DNA of 64,000 nucleotides, taken from positions 39,866,001 through 39,930,000 of the forward strand of contig NC_135808.1 of assembly GCF_964213995.1 (NCBI RefSeq), written 5' to 3'. Every line of letters begins with the position of its first letter. The first letter of the stretch is position 1. The translations under genes and the position numbers were made by a program. The notes under the pieces were generated by a model. The model saw only the letters and a list, made by a program, of their open reading frames with translations. It ran no database searches and was not told the origin of the DNA. Source of the DNA: Mustelus asterias (taxonomy: Eukaryota). This document shows, in pieces, positions 1-10,125 of this stretch.

Positions 1-699
1 AATGTATTTATTTATTTAACAGGGAACTTTAACTAAACAAGTAACATGCCAAATAAAATAAGATTCTAATGGAATGCTGTTCAAATAAATACAATACTCA
101 TTCATTAACTGAAAAGAAAAGATAGAATTTAGTCACTCTCAAAAAATACAACCAAGTTTTGTGGCTTTCGGAAACGTTTGGAGATTTTCTGTGCATTCCT
201 TTGCCTGAAAGTTCTTTCTGCTTTGCTACCTTTTGCTCGTTAGATGGTGCACTCTCTTGAGACATATCTGAAGCAGGCCGAGTTGAGGGCTGCTCTCTCC
301 CTCTTGAGGTGTGAGAAGTGACAGTTCTTCAGTTGCTCTTCTGCTTTCCCTCCTTGCACTCTCTTTTATACCTGTGATGATCTATCAATTTTCCTGCAAT
401 CGTCTGATGCTGTCAACACCATCAAAATCAAATTTCATTGGTTACTGGTAATTGAAAATCTGCTTCAAATTGATTGGGCTAAATTAAAAAAAGGTTGTCT
501 TGTCAAGACTACTGATTAACTTTGAGTTTTTGATCCAAAGATTTCAGCTTGGACTCTGTATATACTTTGCATTTTAAACCTCCAAGCACTGAAACAAAGC
601 ACGAACTTTTAAAGGCACACCACAATGTTTTTTTTAATCCCTGGAGCATTTTTACAATTTTTTTAGATATCTTTACCAACATCAAATTCCAACTTCACA
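1..699 (-). mobile_element. Possible LTR-like sequence, truncated by the window edge
   Basis: The minus strand begins TGTGAAG at 699, then has two CCAAT boxes (477-473, 441-437) and TATAAAA (370-364), a U3-like layout. The other end is not in the window, so no TSD can be checked. Confidence 0.3.
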
Positions 700-887
700 A
701 ACTGAACTTTACAACACCATGAATTACCACAGAATTTCCAACTTCTATTTATAAGATAATTATTTCAAGGTATCATCCCACAATATCAGGGAGGGAGACA
801 TCTCCAATTCTAACCCTGATCATTAACTCGAGGACAGGTTGCAATACGCAGGAGACATAATTCAGTGTGAAGCAGATACATTTCATT

Positions 888-1160
888 AAAGCTTATTTAT
901 TAGTGTCACGAGCAGGCTTATATTAAGACTACAATGAGGTTACTGTGAATATCTCCTAGTTGCCACACTCCAGTACCTGTTCAGGTACACTGAGGGAGAA
1001 TTTAGCATGGCCAGTGCATCTAACCAGCACGTCTTTCAGACTATGGCAGGAAACTCGAGCACTCGGGCATGAGTCTCCAGACAGACTGTGACCCAATCCA
1101 GGAATCAAACCAAGGTCCCTCGTGCTGTGAGGCAGTAGTGCTAGCCACTGTGCCACCCAA
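888..1160 (-). mobile_element. tRNA-derived V-SINE with a non-CR1 (Rex1/Babar-like) 3' tail
   Basis: The minus strand starts GGGTGGCACAGTGGCTAGCACTACTGCCTCACAGC, the same head as the SINE at 32331, and ends CGTGACACTAATAAATAA. Confidence 0.85.
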
Positions 1161-1874
1161 ACATTAAAAAAAAAGATTTACTATCCCATCCTCTGAGCAA
1201 ATGACGTTCCCGGTAAGTCTGCATGTTGATAAATCAGCTATGATTCATTATTCTGTTGTTTTGGTATTTTCAGTCAGCGGAGCTCATCGTAATCTGCATT
1301 CACTGATTTGTCTGGATGTGGCTACTATGCAGCAGTCTATCCATTATTCTGTGTTCTAGAAATGTTATATCCTCATTTGGAAGATTTGTTCCAGTCAATT
1401 TAGTCTACTCAGACACCGTCCAGATTTGGACCTAGATCGTCATTCCTGCATTATTGCTGCATCAAAATGCAAGAACTTCCATCCTGGCAGTGCCTGGGTG
1501 GACAAATGGCTGCATTACCACGTGCTCAACGTAAATGGGGATAGAAACTTCTTACTGGCTGCTGTGTTACCATTTTTATTCTAAGTGCTGGGTAGACTTG
1601 AAACTGGGAGTGTTTCAAATCCGTTTCCTGGGCCCGTACGCACTCTGCCTGCAAAAATAACAGTAATTCCGAATCTCGCTGCAGAAGCCTGTGGGCGGGG
1701 CTTAACGTGCCCAAAACCCTGTACCTCCGATCGGAGACGCGAAGTGCACATGTACAGAATAACAAAATAGAATGCTGCTCCCCCACCCCATCCCTCCCGG
1801 ATCAGATAATTAGGCCCCACTGACATTCCCATCCCCAATATTGCTGTCCCCCTTATCCCCACCAACCACCCGCC

Positions 1875-2375
1875 ACTCAGACTGATCACAGTCCCTTCCC
1901 CACTTCCCCCGCAGAGATCGCAGGCAGAGTGGCAGTAGCCCCCTTCCCTTCCTCTGGATCACAGGCAGAGTGGCAGCCGCCCAACCTTCCCCCTCACTGA
2001 TCGCAGGTGGAGTGGCAGCCGTTCCATGGTCCACCCCCCACTGACTGCAGGCAGAGTGACAGCAACCCCCCTTCCGCCAAATGACCTCAGGGAGAGTGGC
2101 AGTGGTAGCCCTTCCCCCCACCGATCGCAGGCAGAGCGGCAGCATCTCGCCTCCCCCCCCCCCCCCCACCCACCCCCCGACCCATCTCAGGCAGAGTGAT
2201 TCCCTCCCACTCCCCACCCATCTGAGACAGAGTGATCGCCCCCTCACCACACCTATCTCAGGCAGAGTGACCCTCCTCCACCCAACCTTCTCAGGCAGAT
2301 TGATCCCCGCTTCCCTCCCACCCCGTAGCCACCTGCATATGGCCCCCATTTCCCCCTGACCCCGATCGCTGTACG
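1875..2375 (+). repeat. C-rich subterminal minisatellite (core GATCGCAGGCAGAGTGGCAG plus a C-tract)
   Basis: About 10 degenerate copies spaced roughly 35-45 bp apart. Fewer copies occur inverted at about 7280-7430. Confidence 0.8.
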
Positions 2376-2608
2376 ACAGCTCCCTCTCTCTCCCAAGTCC
2401 CTAGTCATCATAGAGGTACTGATTCACCCTCCCCCCACCCACATTAGCACACCTGCAAGTGCTCACTTGCCTTCCCCTCGATGCTAACAAACAAACTGAA
2501 CGTAACTTGCTGGGATGTGCTGCCAAACCACCTGTACCTGATCTGCCATAACAAGGGGCAGCGCGAGAAAAACACCAAGGATGGACAGGAAGGCAGTGCA
2601 GGAAAAAA

Positions 2609-4884
2609 ATGACCAAAGGTCCAGAACACAGATTCACTGAAGGCAACTTCGGGAGGCTGCTGGATGTGGCAGTGCAAAGGTGGGACACCGTCTTTCCCCC
2701 GGGGGGCTGACGGCAATGCAGCCTGGGGAGCAGTTGCCACTTTTGGCAGTGCCCTGGCACTAGCCCCCAGAACAGGGATGCAGTACCGCAAGAAGGTCAA
2801 GGACTTCATCCAGGTAGCAAGGGTGAGTGCTTAACCCCATCTAGCATCTCCCCCCAAAACACCCACAGATCCTCCCACCCCCAGCACCCTGCATGCTTAC
2901 AACCGCCGGCCTCCAAGCAACTCTTTCCTCCCTACATCCCCAAAGAGGAGCACTGCACGTCCCTCTGACGGCCAGCCTCTGATACCTGCAGGAATCACGC
3001 CATCATTTCTTTCATGACTCCTTCTGTCCTCACAGAATACTGACCATAACACCCGAGAAAGAGTAAAGACACAGGGTGGTCAGCCAAAGGTCTGGGGCCT
3101 CAGCCCCTTTGAAGAGCAGGTTCTGGTGCTGTCAAAGGAAGGAGTGATCCGGGATGTCAGTGACAGCATGGTCGGGCTGTCGTGAAGAAGTGAGCACCTG
3201 TCAATTGTCCTCTCAATTTGAGGCAATTTCTAGAGTGCATGGGTTTTAGGTGCAAGGGCAAGGTTTAACGGAAATGTACGAAACATGTTTATTTACACAG
3301 AGGGTGGTGGGTGCCTGGAACTCTCTGCTGGGGGAGGCCATGGAGGCAGATATGAGAGTGACCTTTAAGGCACATCTTTACAGATACATGAATGGGATGG
3401 GAATTGAAGCATATGATCCTCGGAAGTGTAGGGGGTTATAATTCAGATGGGCAGCCTAGTCGCTGCAGGCTTGGAGGGCCAAAGGACGTGTTTCTGTGAT
3501 GTAACTTTCTTGGTGCTTTGTTCTATGTTCACTGGAGAAATGTGAATCAAGTTTTTTGCATCCGGGTTCCCCTTCCTCCCTTGCACTTAATCTTGTGTCC
3601 TTTGTTGCAGGAACAGATCCAGATGCCCTGGGGCCTTCTGCCATATGCGGCCCGCACTGTGGCTCCCGCCCATCCTGCCTCAAGCAGCACCTCAGAAGAG
3701 ATGGGTGAAGGGACCTTTGTGGTTGGCACCAATTTAGCGTCAGCTTCTGCCTCACAGCTCACTGTTCCAGATACTGTCATGTCGGTGGGTCCAGTTAGTG
3801 GTGAGGCTTCTGGGTCACTCTCTGGTGAGCATGACACATCTGATAATGTACATCGGGTTGAGGAGGGAATGTCCGAAGCCTCTGGCACGTGGGGCCCTGC
3901 TGGAGGTGAGGACTCAGCTGGCCCCAGGCTACATGCCGGGCCTTTGCGATCACTTCTCCCTCAGCTGCTGAATATGCAGCAACAGAGCCAGGGAATGCAG
4001 GAGGGGCTGATGGCCACACTGGACCGACTGTGAGGCAGTACGGAGGCGTCCCTGAGCTTTCAGGTGGACCAGCTATTGCCTGTCTTGTGTGGTTCCCAGG
4101 CCAATACTGCAAGGGTGGCATCCACGGTGGAAAGCCTAGGGCAGGGAATCCTCACCATGAGTGGCAGGCTCCAAACAATAGCCGAGTCTTTACAGGCGAC
4201 AGCTGAGTCCCAGAGGGCTGCTGCTGAGTCACAGCTGTGCCCCAGAGGGTCGCAGCTGAGTCACAGTGGGCCATGGCTTAGGGACTCAACAGAATTGTCG
4301 AGGTTCTGTGGCCCATGGTTGAGAGGCTTGAGAGGGCAGCGCTGAGACATGGTGGGCTACGGCAGCAGCCCTTGAGAGCGTGGCCCCTTCTCAGAGGGCA
4401 TTTGATGCGGCCATTGAGAGGTGACCCCTGACTCAGGTGGCCATTGCTAACGGCTCGGCCACCATGAATAGGTTGGTGGGTGATCCTCCAGGACTGGCAA
4501 GGCCAGGTGACGCTGGAGTTTCTGGAGCTCACTGCAGAAGTGCCACCATCCCATGGAGTGACCCAGGGGTGCACAGAAACCCCAAGGGAGGAGAAAGGGC
4601 TCAAGCCCATCCTGGGGACTTCCAGTCAGGAGACTGTGGCTGTTGCTACACCGTCTGTCTCCCCCCTACGTGACGCTGTGGCCTCTCAGGGGCAGCAGGA
4701 TGAAGAGGGTATCATGGAAATGTTGCAGACACCTGGAAGCCAGCCAAGGCCCTCAAGTCCAGGGCGTCCAAAGGACCCCGGCCAAGCATGTCACAGACCA
4801 TGGGGAGTGGTAAGCAGCTGGCTCCCTCCATCTCTGATGTATATTCTGGGGAGACACACGCCACGTAAGGTTAGGAAGTTATAA
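2609..4884 (+). pseudogene. Harbinger Myb/SANT-like DNA-binding protein gene, 3 exons (about 2609-2822, 3036-3189, 3611-4884), disrupted
   Basis: Translates as HRFTEGNFGRLLDVAVQRWDTVFP..AWGAVAT..RTGMQYRKKVKDFIQVAR|GTGAGT, then HNTRERVKTQGG..LSPFEEQVL. Canonical GT/AG sites are present, along with stops and frameshifts. Confidence 0.75.
3235..3526 (+). mobile_element. CR1 3' fragment inside intron 2 of the Myb-like gene
   Basis: FTQRVVGAWNSL ORF2 C-terminus, followed by the 3' UTR hairpin and a TTTGTTCT tail. Confidence 0.85.
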
Positions 4885-5446
4885 TTGCACTAAGATGGCA
4901 CGGGTGAAGTGCTGCTCTAATTTGATAGATTTATAAACACCTTAATGTTTTCTGTTCACACATTTTTATATTAGAATTTATTATATAAACAGCTTTATTG
5001 TAATCATGAAATGCTTTTTCACCACTCACCTGTGACTAATTTGTCTTGGATTTGCCTCAAACAGTATTTCTCTTGCCTTGGCGGTCGATGGAGGGATGCT
5101 TCATGTTGATATCGGTTGGGGAGGCCCCTCAACACTGCGTCACTGAGAAAATGAGACCATTGTCTCCACAGAACCCACGGGCGATTCCCTCCCCTCCCCA
5201 CCCAAACCACCCCAGGGCCCTGTATGGGGGTTTAGAGATCCATTACCCACTACACAGACGTGGGCCCAGGTGCCAGCGTTTGTGCAAAGCTCAGGTAGCA
5301 GTCAGATTAGTTTACACCACAGCATCATCATAATGGTGCTTTGCGAGCCATTATCACCTTCCTGCCTGCCTAAGAAACTCACTGACACAGCGTCTCCAGG
5401 CCCACCACTTTAGTGTGATGATGTTACAGGCGATAGAAGGACTTGA

Positions 5447-5661
5447 GAGGTGAAGACTCAGCTGGCCCCAGGCTATAGGCTAGTCCTCTGAGATTACTTC
5501 TCCCTCAGTTGCTGGAGAGCTGCAACAGAGTCGGGCAATGCAGGAGGGGCTTATGGCAACACTGGACAAAATGTGAGGGTTGTGCGAGGAGTCCCAAAGC
5601 TTTCATGTGGACCAGCTATTGCCTGTCTTGCGTGGTTCCCAGGCCATGATTGCTAGGGTGG
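5447..5661 (+). repeat. Locally inverted continuation of arm 2 (direct paralogue of about 3903-4120)
   Basis: GAGGTGAAGACTCAGCTGGCCCCAGG...GACCAGCTATTGCCTGTCTTG matches 3903-4120 on the same strand. Confidence 0.8.
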
Positions 5662-5805
5662 AGTCAGCTGAGTCCTCACCTCCGGCAGGGCCCCACATGC
5701 CAGAGGCCTCAGATGTTCCCTCCTCTACCCGGGTGGAGCCAGCTGAGTCCTCACCTCCGGCAGGCCCCCACGAGCCAGAGGCCTCAGATGTTCCCTCCTC
5801 CACCC
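5656..5805. repeat. 75-bp tandem duplication at the inversion junction
   Basis: Two near-identical copies of GGGTGGAG(T/C)CAGCTGAGTCCTCACCTCCGGCAGG...CCCTCCTC(T/C)ACCC. Confidence 0.9.
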
Positions 5806-7764
5806 GATGTACATCATTAGACGTGTCGTGCTCACCAGAGAGTAACCCAGATGCCTTACTACGAACTGGACCCACCAGTGTGAGAGTATGTGGGGTGGTG
5901 GGTTGTGAGGTACAAGCTGATGGCAAAAAGATGCCACCCTCGGAGGCCCGTTCATCTGCTTTCTCTGAGCAGTCATCAGAGTAGTCAGGGACAGGATGGG
6001 AGGCAGCAGCACTGGGGCCCAGAATGCCAGATGACCCTAGGGCATCCAGATCTCTTCCTGCAACCGAGGACACAAGGTTAAGTGCAAGGAAGGGAGAGGA
6101 ATCTGCGATGCAAGAAACGTGCTTGGCATTTCTCCATTGAATGTAGAACAAAGAACAAAGAAAATTACATCACAGGACCAGGCCCTCCGGCCCTCCAAGC
6201 CTGCAACAATCATGCTACCCATCTGGATTAATACCTCATACCCTTCCGGGGACCATATCCCTCTTTTCCCATCCCATTCATGTCTTTGTCAAGACGCCCC
6301 TTAGAAGCCCCTATCGCATCTGCGTCCAGTACCTCCCCTGACAACAAGCTCCAGGCACCCACCACACTCTGTGTAAAAAAAGCTTGCCTCGTACATCTGC
6401 TTCGAACCTATGCCCCTTTGTAATTCCCTCAAACTGAGTGGAAGATTGACAGGTGCTCACTTCTTGACTTCAGCCCGACCATGCTGTCACTGATAGCCCA
6501 GATATCCTCCTCACCCGAGATCTCCAGCACCCACTCCTCAAATGGGGAGAGGATTCAGAGGTCATGCTCACCATCCCCGGTCTTTGCCCCCTCCCAACAG
6601 TTATGGGCACTCTTCTCCTTTGAGGATTGAAGGAGCAATGATGGCACAACTCTGCCACTCTACCTGCAGAATATCAGGGGGTAATCCTCAGAGGGCAAGC
6701 GCTGTGATGCTCTTATGGAGGAGGAAGCAGGTACTTGGGCCAGAGGCTGGAAGCATGCAGAATGTTGGGGGCTGGGGGGACCTGGGGGTGATTTGGGGGA
6801 AGTTGTTAGACAGGGTTAAACACTCATGCTTGCTGCCTGAATGAGGAAATTGACCTTTGTTTTGGCACTGCTTCCCTATTCTGGGGGCCACTGCCATGGA
6901 ACTAACAGAGGTGGCCACTGTCTCCCAGGCCACTTTGCCATCACTTCCTCTGGGACGGCGTCCTGCTGGGTGGAAGAGGGTGCCTAGCCTTGTCTCTACA
7001 GCATCTAGCAACCTGCTCAGGGCCGCGTCTGCAAATCTGGGCGCTGCCTTCTAAGACATTTTTTTTCCTGCAACGCCTGCCTGTCTGTCCATCATTGGGG
7101 TTTTTATGGAGCTGCCACTTGTTAAGGCATCGCCACTGCACGCAGTTTGGAAGAGCATTCCAGCAAGTCAAATACAGTTTTCGTGTTACCATTGAGGGGA
7201 AGACAAGTGAGCATTTGCAGCTGTGCTGATGGGGGGGGGGGGGGGGGGTGGGGTGGGGGGGGGTTGCTGGTGGGTCGGGCATCTCTGCCTCTCTGATGAT
7301 TATGGGCAGGGGAGAGAGAGGGAGGTGTCAGATGCCCATTGGAGCCAGGGAGAAATGGGGGTCATCTGCAGGTGGGTCCGGGGTGGGGGGCTGAGGGGTG
7401 GGCTGCTGCCACTCTGCCTGCAATTGATGGGAAAGGAGCCGTGATTGGTCTGGGCGGCAGGCCACGAACGGTCTTGGTGGAGGAGGGTTGGGGGACAAGA
7501 GGGTCAGTAATGTTGGGTGGTTGCAATGTCTGTGCGGGCCAGGGAGAGGCATTATCCGGCCCGGGAGGGATCTGGCAGGGGAGCTGCATAATTTATTTTG
7601 CTGCGCATGCTCAATTTGCGACTCCGATCGGGCTGCAAGCTTTTGGGTGACTTAAAGCCCCGCCCACAGCCTTCTGCAGCGGGAAATGCGCTCGCTCAAA
7701 ATTGGATCTGAAACTTTCCCAGTTGCTACCCAGCACTTGGACAGAAAATGGTAAAATACCACCC
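5662..7764 (-). mobile_element. PIF/Harbinger-derived element, arm 2 (inverted), Myb/SANT-like pseudogene starting at ATG 7059
   Basis: The minus strand gives MS*KAAPRFADAALSRLLDAVETRLGTLF..AWETVATSVSS..RIGKQCQNK. It is colinear with arm 1, including the same intronic CR1 fragment (about 6145-6415). Confidence 0.75.
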
Positions 7765-8087
7765 AGAGTGCACAACATTGGCCTGAAAACTCGCCCAAAA
7801 AACGATCTGGAACTCTTCCATATTTCGACGAACCGATATTTAGAAAAAATCTCGTAAAGTTCCGCCCGATGGACGGAGTGGGTTCCTTCCAGTGTTTTGA
7901 CTTTCTATCTTTCTATGATTCTTTGTAATTCTCCTTTGCTGTTTTGTAATATTATCTTTCTTTAATACATCCACTCATTTTTTCTTCCTTATGTTCCTCC
8001 AATACACTCTGTCCTGGAACATTTATTACCCTGTCCTGCTCCTTTTCATGAAAATCTCAGTTACTGATACAACAGTCTTTAATAAAG

Positions 8088-8250
8088 ACCTAGACATTGA
8101 AAAGAGGAGCAGGCGTAGGTCATTTGTTCCTTTGACCGTCCTCCAACATTCATCGTAATGAAAGGCTGATCCTTCAAATCAGTGGCCAATTCCCTCTTTC
8201 TCCTTGTATCCTTTAATCCATTTAGCCCGAAGAGATACATTTAACTCCAT
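8088..8250 (-). mobile_element. Old CR1 3' fragment
   Basis: GGAGCAGGCGTAGGTCATT..., the reverse of the CR1 3' end seen at 22030-22070. Confidence 0.6.
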
Positions 8251-8384
8251 CCTGTCAATGAGCCCATAGGTAAAACATATGAGTGCCATCAGGGAATAGT
8301 TTGAAACGCAAACAGAGGCTGATGTTTGGAATTCTTTGCTGCTGACGGTCGATCGATTCATAATGCGATATCGAGTTTAAATAT

Positions 8385-8574
8385 TTTGAAGTAGAATGAT
8401 AGTATAAACCTTACGCAATCTATTTTTTAACGACTGTGAACAATACCAATCTCCATGGGACCCGCCGGTCTCACCGGGGGTTTCTCTTCACAATAAATAA
8501 TGGGGTGTTTTCAGAATTATCTCTCTGAACAAAACGACGCGTGGCCTTAAAACAGAGACCAATCGGCGGGAAAA
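8385..8574 (+). promoter_or_regulatory. Putative promoter/5' UTR of the GPCR gene
   Basis: Lies directly upstream of the ATG and is colinear with 50358-50545. It includes CAATACCA, TCTCACC and an AT-rich CACAATAAATAA box about 80 bp before the ATG. Function is inferred only. Confidence 0.45.
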
Positions 8575-8695
8575 ATGCATGAAAGTTCGTCGTGTTCTAA
8601 AGAACCATCAGTTCCACTAGACGAGCGGGTGCTGCGGACACTGGAGAAGATCGTGGAAATATATTATCCGGTCCTCGCTGCAGTGGGTATTGCTT
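8575..8695 (+). CDS. GPR139/GPR142-like class A GPCR, exon 1
   Basis: AAAAATG start; MHESSSCSKEPSVPLDERVLRTLEKIVEIYYPVLAAVGIA plus 1 nt, then a GTAAGT donor. The phase-1 join to exon 2 is in frame (T+TC = Phe, then NLVAIVIL). Confidence 0.85.
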
Positions 8696-9370
8696 GTAAG
8701 TCTGTATAGAATTATTAAGTCTATGTACTGTAATTCCATTACTGTTTTGTGACGTAAAATCCTCTTTTTTTTCTCCCGGTTTTACCTAGTAATGCTCTAT
8801 GTGCAGTTTTAATCACATAACAAGTTTTCCTCTCTTACTGTTATTTAGATTTACTTCCCCAAATGCACCACCAGCAACCTATGATTAAAGAAGTCTTTGT
8901 GCTGCTTTACGACTCTCTCCTCGCTTCACTAGTTTTCTTTGTAAATGACAATGTACAGGTATTACGTTTATTACATGTGCTTATACACTGAACATTTCTC
9001 TCAGGACAGAAAGAACTGTTGATTGATTCAGTAAGGCACTTCAGGTTGCTGCTGAATGCGGATAGTTGGCAAATGTTGAGAGTCAAACAGAACCAAGTTC
9101 GTGCCAAATATACCAAAAGACATGCAATATTGCTTTCAGTCTGCCAATTCCTCTTGCCAATTCCATCAGTATCTCTGTGGGATTAGTAAAGGTCCTTGTC
9201 TTTTTATTCAACTTTTTTGAGTTAAAATTAAATGGCTGCATTTTTGGTTAACTCGGAAATGTTACATCGCAGGTAATATTATATTGTTTAATGCCAGTCG
9301 GTTTTGACTACCCGTGTTTGAGATATTGGTGAAAGAAGTCTCACGTTAGAGGAGCAGTGTAAGTTGTTGC

Positions 9371-9725
9371 ACTCTTTAACCTGGAATAGCTGTATAGAGA
9401 TCGGGAGCAGGAAACTGTGCTGATTCTTCTCTCTAACCCAGGATAACTGTAGAGAGATCAAGAGCAAGAAACAATGCTGATTTTTTCCTCTAATCCAGGA
9501 TAATTGTATAGAGACATCAGGAGCAGGAAGCTGTGCTGGTCTCTCTTTCTGACCCAAGATAACCGCAGAGAGGGCAGGAGCGTGAAGCGTTGCTGAATCA
9601 TCTCTCTAACCCCGGATAGCTGTACAGAGAGTAGGAGCAGGAAGCTGCGCTGATGCCTCTCTCAAAAACAGGATAACTGTATTGAGATCAGGAACACAAA
9701 CCCCTGAATACTCATCTCTCAGGAA
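9371..9725 (+). repeat. Intronic minisatellite, about 6 units of ~58 bp
   Basis: Consensus CTCTCTAACCCAGGATAACTGTATAGAGATCAGGAGCAGGAAGCTGTGCTGATT. Confidence 0.9.
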
Positions 9726-10125
9726 GATACATCACAAATGCATTTCTCAACTTTTTAATTAACGACCACAGAGTTATCCTTCTTCTCTCTGTGCCATTTT
9801 ACTTACTCTTTCAGAAATCGTCCATTTTACTGATATCTCCCAACGTTGAAAACTATGTTTCCTTGTTTACGATCAATTACTGATCATTTCTCACATGAAT
9901 TACTTTTATTTCATGCTTTAATTCTCCACTTATATTGTGTAACTAATTGCTGATTATTTTGCAGTAAAAGTGGTCTGGAACAGAAAGAGATGTCACATGG
10001 ATAATAATTAGATGCATCAATGAATTCAGTCACAAAATTCCACAATACATCCAGAACTCCATCAAACTGCAGATTTTGCTCCCCGATTCCTGTATAATTA
10101 TATTGTTTATTCCCCGTTCATGCAG

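Larger units (their letters stand above)
1557..5440 (+). mobile_element. PIF/Harbinger-derived element, arm 1, carrying a degraded Myb/SANT-like gene
   Basis: The terminus GGCTGCTGTGTTACC matches the inverted terminus at 7764. It contains spliced Myb/SANT-like exons and no recognisable transposase. Confidence 0.7.

Noticed and set aside
1810-2359. 179-aa and 92-aa ORFs
   Set aside because: They are products of the stop-poor GC-rich minisatellite.
4890-5445. Harbinger transposase (HARBI1-like) between the arms
   Set aside because: No DDE-like motifs were recognised in any frame.
8500-8550. Upstream in-frame ATG as a longer N-terminus or uORF
   Set aside because: It ends at TAA 8548-8550, and the ATG is absent in the paralogous region at about 50470.
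9371-9725. CRISPR-like array
   Set aside because: Whole units are homologous with no unique spacers, there are no cas genes, and the context is a eukaryotic intron.
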